This document shows positions 1 through 16,369 of a stretch of DNA of 64,000 bases, piece after piece (the stretch's first letter is position 1; each line of letters starts with the position of its first letter). The notes beneath the pieces are model-generated. The model was not told the origin of the DNA, searched no databases, and saw only the letters and a list, made by a program, of their open reading frames with translations. The position numbers and the translations under genes were made by a program. Origin of the DNA: Dimorphilus gyrociliatus (taxonomy: Eukaryota; Animalia; Annelida); the NCBI GenBank assembly GCA_904063045.1, contig CAJFCJ010000023.1, positions 496,001 through 560,000 on the forward strand, given 5' to 3'.

Positions 1-741
1 TGAAAAGTGAAGGAAACCGCGCTTTTCTTGTCTTTATTCTTAATCAATTGGGAAATTTGTATGGAATAAGAATAGGAATAGGGAAGGTATGGATATAACA
101 AATTTTTTCCCCAGTCAAAGACGAATAGCTGGCTGTAAACCACTGCTAAACGATCAGAACGACTGTTAGAGTGGCGCTTGGCAAATTAACGCGATGTTAG
201 TAATTGGCATTTGTCACAGAAGTATCAATTATTTTCGTTTTTGGACGAAATTTATCGTCGAGTTGACAATAACAAGAATAAGAAAATTTTTTGGTTCTCT
301 TACTCCTTCCATCTTTCTTTCATATAGTCTCTCTCCATTTCTCTTTATACTTCCTCATTATAAATAAAGAATAATGTAGAACGAATTTTGTATGAAATTG
401 GACAGTCTGCTATTAACTTTAAGTCGTCTAATCAATTATTCAACTAGATAATACGGCAAAATAATACGAAGAGTTACGCCTGCCAAATTTCAATTAGACA
501 ACTAAAGTTATTAGAAAAGTTGTATTTTTATTCTTTAATTAGTTTACTTGATTTTTTTTAATTTAATTTTACGTTTGTAGCCAACCAGATATATTAAATC
601 TTGGTTCTAGGCCTACTATACTATGTCGCTTCAACTCGGTTTTGAGCTTCCATATTGTCGTGTCATACAACGAATCATTCCAATTTGAGTTTTGTCGATG
701 GATATTTTACTTTGTATCTCTCTCATGTATCAACAGTATAT

Positions 742-748
<7 letters not shown>

Positions 749-789
<41 letters not shown>
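749..789. repeat. (TA)n microsatellite
   Basis: Direct reading. Many similar TA tracts occur across the window. Confidence 0.95.
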
Positions 790-792
<3 letters not shown>

Positions 793-2829
793 TATATATA
801 TGAGGACACGGGTAGGATACGTTTTAGTCTAGTATTTGCTAGAACATAGATTTACTCTTAATCTAAGCCAATGTCATTTGCTGGGAATCTTAGTGTCAAA
901 AATATTAACTGAACCATAGTTTACCAGGATATTCTCTGTTCTTATTTCTATTTCTAGTCGCCTGTTTTTAAAGAGTGGCCTTTGTTTGCCTTTAATAAAG
1001 TCTTCAATTTCTGTAATAAAACTGCTCGTTCACCTTATAAACTGTAGAACTGATATGCTGATATTTTTATAGAAAATCTTCAATCTATTCGCAAAACAGA
1101 CTGCTCTTCTCTTGAGGGAATTAAGGTGGCGTTCACATAATAGCCCTATTTCTTGCCTCTGCTAAATTTGTCCTTGAGTAATTTGTGCACTTTCCGCACA
1201 CCTTTATCATTTTGTTTTTCAAGTGTTGTACTGCCATGAAAGAAATCGCAAATGAAATAAATATCGAACAGCCAGAATTTTGGCAAAAGTTTCACTGGCC
1301 AATCTCTTTAACTTAACCCAGAAGGAAATTTTATCTCATCTGCAATACTTGACGAATCCAAACAAGTCGCTTCTGTAGGAGACTTCTCCTTCCTTGCTCC
1401 TTTAATAATATTCTTTAATGTTATGTTTAATAGCATGCTTTACCTTACATCATCTTTAAATCTAGTCATTTTATCTTGTACTGCGGCTGTTCTCAGTTAT
1501 CTTATGGAATCTTTTCAAAATTTCTCACCAGAAACTTTTTTTAAAAAGCGTTCTCTATTTGAATTTTAGTAAACCTACAGGCATATCCTGTTTTACTACA
1601 TTAACGGAAGCAATTCAACTTATAATTCTATAGTTAAAATCATCTTCTTCAATCAGGATGCCGTATTACAAGACCAAAAATTGTATTTTATGGAAGAGGT
1701 ATTATATTACATATAATTCGTTTTCTTTAGAAAATTCATCTTACAACAGAGATATTCTAGCAAAAACTTAGTATAGAATAACGCACCCTACCGATATGTA
1801 TATATATATCTGTGGTTCTCTTTAGTCAAGACTCCACAGAGCGTTTTCAATTAGCTTTTCATATGGCTTAAATTTGAGGAGATATTTTACGTTTTCCCAC
1901 TCTCCATCATACAAAAACTGAGGGGGAAAAGTGGAGAATTGAGTTGAATAGGAAAAATTAAACAGTAGATGTTGGGAGTTGTTACAATTATAATATATGC
2001 CTACGTATATAAATATATAAATATATATACAGTATATATATATATAGTGAAAGTCTATAAGTAGATAAAAACTTCTCACTTACTCTTCCTCTATCCACCT
2101 ATTAATATGAAAGAAAAAACTAAAAATTCGAAGAAAGAAACTAATATTTTCGTAGAAAGGAAAATTAGAGAATTGTTGAATCTAAGAAAAAAACGAAAAA
2201 CAAAAAAAATAATATAAGATGGATTAAAAGAAAAAAGTCTGTAATGTTCTTTTTTTTCGTTGCATGGAAACAAGCGAAATTGACTGCACGAAATTTTTAA
2301 TCTTCAAATAAAATTTACTATGTCATTTTTGCAGTTGGCCTTGATGAATTTTATAGTACAGTAGTACTTAATAGTAACACTGAGCTTATAAATTTCCATA
2401 AAAAAGATTGTATACTTGTGTTTTTTTAACACGAAAATCGTTTATCAATAGCTCTTAGCTAAAAACAAAAAAATAGCTTATAGGATATAAATAGCAATAT
2501 ACTTTGAGTCATTTGTTTTAGGGTTCTCTCTTTAGAGCTTATATTCTTATATTTTTGTTGTATATAACCTCTACCGACCTTTGATAATCAGTCTTATCTA
2601 TAAGATAATGATCGCCTTTAGCTACTCATGAAAAAGTTGTTACCTTTTTATTTAAATAAATGATATAAATATAACTTAAAAGCGATTTTAACTGTAAATA
2701 TATACTGTATATAGAGATATACTGTATGTATAATTGCACTTTTATGGGATATCTATTGGCCTATACGTAATTCTTTTTTTCTCAAAATGAAATAAATTCG
2801 ATACATAGTCTAATTTGTCTGTAAATTTA

Positions 2830-7744
<4,915 letters not shown>

Positions 7745-8377
7745 TGTACAACCTATTTTGGACAAAAAATTCCGTCTGCAACAAGCTAGTACCGACTGCA
7801 ATGCTCTCGCATCTCGACTGCGATAAATCGATAATGTATGTATATAATATAGTATCCTTAGAGTCGACCTATCGCTTTTCAGCTTAATTCTACAGCCTAT
7901 AAAGTTTTAGGTAGAGGTGAAATTTTTTGTGTGCTCATTTGCATTTAATTAAAACCACGTGTTTTTCTTTCTACGTATTTAATTAGGCGGAGGAGAACGA
8001 CATCTGCATTCTAATAGTATCTTTGATATACTAGTCTAAAAATGCAGATGGCGTACCGCAAAGTCAATAGTCTCCAGTAAATTTATCAAAGAACTCTTCT
8101 TATAAAATTCATACAAAGTTAAAATTTATTCGAAAATTTTTATTTTGAAAAAATTAGTAGTAATTTGTAAAAGAATCTAGTAATTCATTGATTTTCCGGC
8201 CACGACGACCGGAAGCAAGCAAAGCCTAGAGACTGCTGAACGTTATGTCGCTTGGTTCCGAGTTCCATTCATAAATATTTTACGTAATATTCGTTTCAGC
8301 TTTGGAGACCATACGACGACTGCACAGCGCATGCCGTATTCCGTTTTCCGACTGCAAAAGCAGTAAGGCGAGAAAAT
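7745..8377. promoter_or_regulatory. Candidate bidirectional promoter and 5' UTRs shared by STK32 (-) and CPEB (+)
   Basis: The divergent start codons are 633 nt apart. The interval holds an ETS core ACCGGAAG (8208-8215), a partial NRF1-like GCGCATGC (8327-8334) and a CTCF/YY1-like GCAGATGGCG (8044-8053). TSSs are not visible from sequence. Confidence 0.7.
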
Positions 8378-11300
8378 ATGTCGGATCTAGGATTATCCGT
8401 ATTGAATAAAACAACCTTAAACAATCAAGAAAACCTATTTTCGAGTCATGACATACCAGAAGTGAAGGATGAAGAGGTCAACGCTGTCGCAACGTCTTTG
8501 CAGAACATAGCTTTAACCCCTACAAGTTTTTGGAGTTCTGCAACAGAAGACGTTACGAGATATCCACCCCCACCTGCCACCCATACATTTGCCCCACCTC
8601 CCGTAAATGGAACTGGAATGTTTCAGCCATTCGTACCGATGGGGAGGCGGATGGTAACCCCAAGACCCTATAAGCAAGGTTATCCCTCCTGGAGTAATGG
8701 TGTAAGCGGCAGGAAACAGAATATGCCCTTTAGGAAGGTGCCTGTAACACAGCCGCAAAGGTTTAAGAGAGAGGACAATCTGCTACCTTTGCAGGTAAAT
8801 ATGCGTAGTCATGTATAAAAGTAATCGGATTTCGTAATGGATGTATAATCATATGACTGTTCCTTTTTTATAGGATCAGGCTGCTGGTGGAGAACAAATG
8901 AAATTCGCGACTAGTTTGGAGAGTAATCTGCTTGATATAATCAAGACGGATCATTCGGCGAAAGGTTTGTATATTTTGCGTTAAGTGTTCTGTGTGTATT
9001 GTGGCAGATGGTCTAGAAGGCATATGGTGGCGCATGCGCTACAATGCGCAATATGGCGTCTCTTTTACCGATGGGTTCAAGGGGGGTCCAATCAGATTGC
9101 CAGTAGTTAATGGGATGCTATTTCAGATCTCTGTCTATAATAATTTGAGCGGATAGAAAGACTCTAAAGTTGAAAATCTTATTTATTAGGTTCATGTATG
9201 TTTATATATATAGATATATACTCTCACACTCTTTCTTACATAAATCTATACGTATAGAAATTAATACGTTAGTTTGCGAAGAAAGAACCAAAAATAGAGA
9301 AACAACTAGAAAGTTGATCTAGTAGGAGGAAACTTTTTTTTTATACCTTCCTTAAAAAAGTACAAATATCTGTTGTTCTTATTTCTCTCTCTCTCTCTCT
9401 CTCTTCTCTCCCAATGCTTTATTAATCATAGTTGATTAGACATTAATAAAAATCTAGTTAGAATAGAAAATATTTATCTATAAGACGATTATTACGACCT
9501 TTTGAGCGAGTACGATTTGTAAATAAAGTGCTAACGTCTGAGAGGGAGAAATGTTGAAGTGGGAAACAGTTACTTGTGCTACTTGTTACTTAGACTAACA
9601 ATGAGGCCAGCTGTAGAGACGAAAATCTCAAATGGGCCTAGAAAACTGTTAGAGATTAAGGAATCTTTTAGAAAAAAAAATACATGTATGTATATAGTGC
9701 ATATATACAGTATATATATATATACATATATACATATATATACGTATGTTATACGCAGCCAACATATAGAAGGATGTATGGATTTGTATGTCTAAATATT
9801 ATTTTGCCCAGATATTACTTTTTCTCCTATAAAATCTTATTGGCTAAATCTCGGTCAACACATGGAAAAGCCAATTTTAATGAATTGAATTTCATTGAGT
9901 TTTAATTTAATAAGAATGAATACTATAGGTGGTTTTTTTTTCTGCGTTACGGAGAGAGTATGGTGTGAAAAATTCAATTAGGCCTAAATCGAATTGTATT
10001 GTTTGTTTTTTATGAAAAGAATTGCTAAGTATCTACTGAAATTCAATATTGCGTAGAGAACTGTAAACAGTTTGATTTCATTGTTCAACTGGCCATTCAA
10101 CGTGTTAAGGCGCAACTGTACATACCCGGAAGAGATAATGCATGAACATGTTTAAAGTTACACATGTTACTTGCGCTATCGCTCTCTCTCTCTCTTTTTT
10201 TTTTTTATTTTTTTTTAGCTGTTTTTTTTTTATACTTTTGATTTTGTTCTCTCGCTTAATTCGGCCTGTTCGATGTTATTCTTGTTGTTTTTTATTTTTT
10301 ATCTCTTTTTATTTTTAAATTTTAGTTAAAAATAACGAAAGTTATTATTAAACTATTCAGTTAAAAGTAGAATGTGATGTTTGGAACACAATTATGGTAC
10401 CCAGAGGACAAATAATTCGTTTAACATGCACTATTGCAGTGTAAATAAGCTCTTTCAATTAATATAAAGATATACTTAAGTAAATTTATTCTCTATGCTA
10501 CTTATGAAGTATTGTCCTAGTATTCTTATACTACCTATGATTGTAGAGTAAATTCTCTTTATCCCTCTAAATTATTCACCAGAATTGTGCCCTACAAACA
10601 AATTATTGGGAATTTTGCACTAGTAACGTACCAAAAAAAAATAATTGTACCAAAAACTAATTATTGCGTTTGGCAGAATTTCCCTATTGCAAGTAATAGG
10701 GTTAAAACGTTAGTTATGCGTATAAATTATTATTCTCACCTAGAAATTATGTATAGAAGAATACTAAAGAATATGAAAGAAAGGCCGATTCTGTCTTGCT
10801 CGTCCGATAAAAAGTAATTACACTTTTATGACTCTTTCCCCCAATCAATTCTCTTTGGATTATAAAACTAATTAGCGATCTAATGTAGTTTTATTAAAGC
10901 ATACATGCGTATATAACAGTCTTATAATCAAGTAGAATATATCTATAGTGGAAAATAATGTTTATAGAATATGAAAGAGAGTTATGTAAGCAAATTAATA
11001 TTCAAAATATTTGCATACCTTAAAATATAAATACACTTTGTATGGATGCTTTTATATGTAGCCTAACAAAATACCTTATTTATATATACAGCGTATATAA
11101 TATGTACTATCTCTATAGTTAGTAAATATATATATATATATACATATATATTCTATCAGATCTCTTTTTAATCTTAAAAAGTATTATATTGGAATATTAC
11201 AAGGCTTCAGCATGTTTTTCCTCTATCTTTTATGTCTTGATATTTCTTGTCAAAATATATATATAAAATAATTTTATAAATCAATATGTCTTTTTCTATT

Positions 11301-14300
11301 AAAAACATATTTATTCACTCCGTATAAAACATGGTATTCATTCAGCCTATAAAAAGCAGACGTTTCCCCATTGTCTATATACATAATACAATGTAAATTT
11401 CTGCAAATGCTGCATATAAAATAGGCCTATCCCAATTAATATTCCTGATTAAAACCGTTAGACCGGAAACTATAGCTTGGTGGTGAGTGGGAGTGGAAAG
11501 CGAAGGCGACAGATGTTCGAGCTTATTTTTTACTCAACACAATTTCAATAGGCCTAGAACAATCGTTTTTCATTCTTAAATGTCAACTGCAAGAGTTGGC
11601 TATTAAGTAGCCCCATAACTCTATAGCGTCTCTTCTCCTAGCTTACGTGTAAAGATAAGATTGACAACAGTGAGAAAGCAATAATTATCGCTGATAGTTG
11701 CAATAATATTATTGATAATTGTTAATTGAATAAAGAGGAAGAGCAATAGGGAAGAGGAAAGATAAGCAGAGAAAAGTAGTTGAAAAGTAGAACAAACTAA
11801 AAAGAGGAGAATGAAAATTACGTATGGAAGAAATATAAAGAGAGAATATTTATTTATATTTTATTAAATGTTTATCAAAACAATTAATCTCTTGTTATAT
11901 TTTGTTTGTTTAAACTATATTAGTTGTTTTTTTTATTTATTTGATTTCTAAAGAGAAAGAAGAAATGTAATAAGCAATTCATCCGGTTTGATTTATTGGA
12001 CAATTTACGATTGAATGTTGTTAACAGTTTTTAAATGAAAAGAACAGAAGGCTGACAAATAACGAAGAAACCGAAATGTACCTAAAATCTGAAACATTTC
12101 TCTGCTCTAACGACAGTCCTTAACGCATTTAAGCCAGTACGAATGCCTTGTGTGCGTTTAATTTGTAGATTTTGTTTTTTTCTCCCTCTTTACTCTATGT
12201 CTCTTTTTACAGCTTCTGTATTATATTCATAGAAGATTTTAGTAAAAGTTTCCTCTTTCTTTATTAAGAAGATTAGACCTAAGTAATTCAGCATTTATTC
12301 TTTTTTCATGTCTTATAACGTTCGACATTTATTATACAGAAATTGTATTTTGCGTAGTATCCCGAAGCAGCTGTCTATTGATTGATCGATCAAGCGTCGA
12401 TTTAAAACTGATTTTTTTCAGGCGACTGCAACGATGCAGTCTATCAATCCTTTGCTCGGCTCATCAAAAAACTGTCAGACTGTTGTAAATCATTGTAGAA
12501 GCTACTCTCCCATTCAGTTTTTCCCAAGCAAAATAATGGTGTGTTTCGGTTGAACTAGTTTATGAGAGGAGTTTTTGTAGCTTATCCCTTAGTTATTCCA
12601 TTTATAAAGTTTCGTTAAAGAGTTGTGTGTTAAAGAGGCGAAAAAACTGATATATTAACCTGACGGACGGAAATATTTAAAGTATCATTAAATAATTCGT
12701 TCCCATTCTATATACATATGTTTTATAAATTGCGCTGTCTAGAAACTGTTGACAATTTTTCTATTGAATGGATATATACAATAATAGAATTTAGTATTGT
12801 ATAAAAATAAAGAGCATATATACTGTATAGTTATATATATTTGATAGAAACTATGTATAGATGTATACACTTTTAGTATATATGCACACCATTCTCCTTA
12901 TAATATATTTATGTTGAATATCATTTCTCACTACAAGTGACATAAAAATATATCAACTGCAAATTACACTATATTTACTTTTGAATTCCTAACTGTAAGT
13001 ACAAGTCACTCAACTCTCGCCCTTTTATTTACTATTTATTGATTATTTTATATTCTGTGCAAATGTTCTGGATTATAGGATATGTATTAGATAGAGTTTT
13101 TCCACTCTATTCCACACAAAAGAGGCCGTAAATTATTAAAATATTGTTTTTTTCTCAACTTAATTGCATCTTGTCGATTCGTAAATTATATATATCCTAA
13201 TTTTAATTAGCGATTTACACTATTCATAAGCTGGTTTATTTTATTGTAACGAAACTTTTATAGTTAATTAGTCGTTCTTTGCATCTAGGCTTTGGTAATT
13301 TGAGATTTTGATTGATACATTAACGTTTAATTTGAAGTTATCAGCTTTTTACTTGCCCCAGCTTTGTAGTTTCGAATCAATAAAAATTACTTCGATCCAA
13401 CTAGTTTTTTCTATCGTAAAATATTATAGAAGCTTTCCAAAAAAATCTTCAATTAGTATTATAATCTAAAGAAGGTTAAGGGAAAAAGACTCCCTTTTAC
13501 TATGTTCCTTTATTCCTTATAGTTATTTGGAGTTATCTTTAAATGAGAAATTTAGCTGTGACGACGTCTTGAAAGTGTTAACTTGAAAGAAGAAAATTTA
13601 GCAGGAATAAAGAATTTAAGATAAAAGAAACAAGAGTATTGGAATAAATACTATGCTATATTTAATATAAAAATTAGTTCCTGGATTTAAAGTAAAGGAT
13701 ATATTGTGTAAAGACCATAGAAAATATATTTACCGTCTTGTACTGCGTGTAACAATTAGCATATAAAAAGTATGCTATAGTGTATTCGCTTAATGAGATC
13801 CTGTAACTTTTCTCCCTTTCTCTCCCTACCCCCCTACCTTCCCCCCCCCCCCTCACACACATAATAGTCTATATATATATACATGTATATATTTACAGTA
13901 TGCGTATGTATTAAAGCTAAATATCCATATCAGTTTAAATGTCTATGTATCTATTACATAACTTGAAATTTTACTAATTACTATGTAACGTTATGTTAAA
14001 TCCTATATAAGCTATTCAGTATGTAGAGCTATATTTGGCTCAATAACTCGCCTACTTCGCTATCCGCCATCTTAATTTAGACAATTTGCTAGATAGAGAA
14101 AGAAACGAAAAGTTTAAAGAGCCCTACAGTGACTTATTGTCTCTAATTATAAGCCATTCAATTCCTATCATATTATGATAACGTCATTATTCGACCATAA
14201 AAGATTGTAAAATCCAGAAAGTTCAATAGAGAATTCCCCTATAGATTTTTTTTTGTGCTAATCGATTTTTCAACTGTTACAAAATATGTAGCGTATAATA

Positions 14301-16338
14301 TTTCGTTAAGTTAAAAGTCTTTGAGAAATTGCTTAAACGAACTGAAAAGATGTAGGTTTTGTTTCCTTAATAAACGTGAAAGATATTGTAAACAAAGATA
14401 TTGATTGCTGTGCAACTCCAAAAGTCTATGTCGACCTGACCTAATTTTAAATGTCACATTGTTTTAGGTAATGAGCGTCACCTGAGAGAGAAGGAAAATG
14501 AATGGGAAGGGGGTTTGGGAAAGACTTTTGTTATATTTCTTATCTTTATTCTTTTGCTGTCAACATCCAATTGTTTGCTATCGTAGCAACCCCATTAAAT
14601 ACCGTCACGTGACCTATTACTAAAAAGCTATCGTATGAGTGTCGATAGTAATTTTATATTATATAATTAAGCCAGAGGCAATATATGTGATTTATTGATT
14701 CTCAGTATCTTTTATATTGTATGTTTTTTTCCTTTTACCCTATTTTTTTTATCATTTCCCTACATAGAAGCCTTGTAGTGTAAGTCGTTGGTGGCATATA
14801 CAGTACAGTATATATCCTTATATATACTCTGTACATGTGTATTGGTGAATAGATGTAATATTTCTCAAATATTTCTATTTGCCAAATTATAATCTGCTTT
14901 CCAGGCAATAAAGTAGCTTTATTAATTATTTACCGTGGTTATAAATACTATAATATATACTTATAATATGAACATCTATGCTATTGTTAACTTAATGCCT
15001 AATAATATAGATGAAGAGGAGGGGGAAGGGTGGGAGTAGTTAAGAATGTCGAGTATTAGTATTCGTGTAAAGGAAATCTGTGTACCTTATATGTTTCATT
15101 TCATACTTTGATTACGCCAGGATAATCGTATTTAATTTGTATAGAATGTAATAATTGTATTTCTTAATTTAATTCTGCATTATCAAATGGAGACAAATCG
15201 GAGAATTACTCAACTGAATATAACCCATAGAACAAAGTAAATAAGTTGTATTATTAAGTTTCATCATATTTCCCTTTTATGTGAGAGATAAAAAAATTTT
15301 TTAAGCTAACTTAATAACATATTTGATTTTCCTTTATGAGTCTTTGGCCTTTCTCTTGAAATATCTATTAAAGAAATTTTTACAATATAGTCTGCTAGAT
15401 ATATCAAATATTCAACACTACTTATAAAACCATTTCGCAAGGGATTTCACTTGAAAGTACCTCATCCGCTAAAATTACCTTGAACGTTAATTTGCTCTCT
15501 AACAGACCTATATTAGTCCATGGGAACTGCTTCTAAAGTGTTTACTGTTTATCTAATCAATGCAACTTTTGTTTACAGGTCAGCAAGTGGGGAATGGTTG
15601 GCTGCAACACGACAAATATACAATCAGAGGTAAGGGCGTCTTCTTTTACCTGATTTAAATCGCATAGGTACTCTATTTAGCTTTTTTACATAACGGAAAT
15701 CCTTTAGTTTAAATTATAATCACCAAAGACAGAGCGATTAGACGGGAGGTCGGTGTCATAATGAATTTCATTCAATATTTAGAGATGCGAATAGTATTAC
15801 TGTATTCTCTTTAGATTGTATGTGTTTGGTCATATTAAACAAAAAAAAACAAAGAATAGAAGAGGGAGTAAGGCAAGGAAAAGGAAAAGTTTAAGAATAA
15901 GGACCAATCGCGATGATTAATATAGAATCTAAAAATACTATTGTATTTATTAAGCGCTCTTTCATTTTATCCTTTCATTTTTTGTTTCCTTTCAAGAATT
16001 GATTCTATTTTGATATCAGATTTTTATCCTTGCTCTATTCTTTAAATGAAGAGGAAATATATCAGTTTATTTTCTCTTAAAGATAAACACTGTTTCTCAG
16101 GCTGTTTGGATTTAATGTACAAGTGATAGTAGCACAATAATTATATATATATATATATATATACTATATATATGTAAAGTATATCGTATAGTTTAGAAAG
16201 GAGAAAAAAAAACATTTAACTAATAAAAGTTGATTTGACGTAAATTTTTCCATTCGATTGAGTTCAATTCACTTGTTTCCCACTTATTATCGATTGGCTA
16301 ACTGTGCTACTATTTATCAAGTATCGAGAAAAATGTAG

Positions 16339-16369
<31 letters not shown>

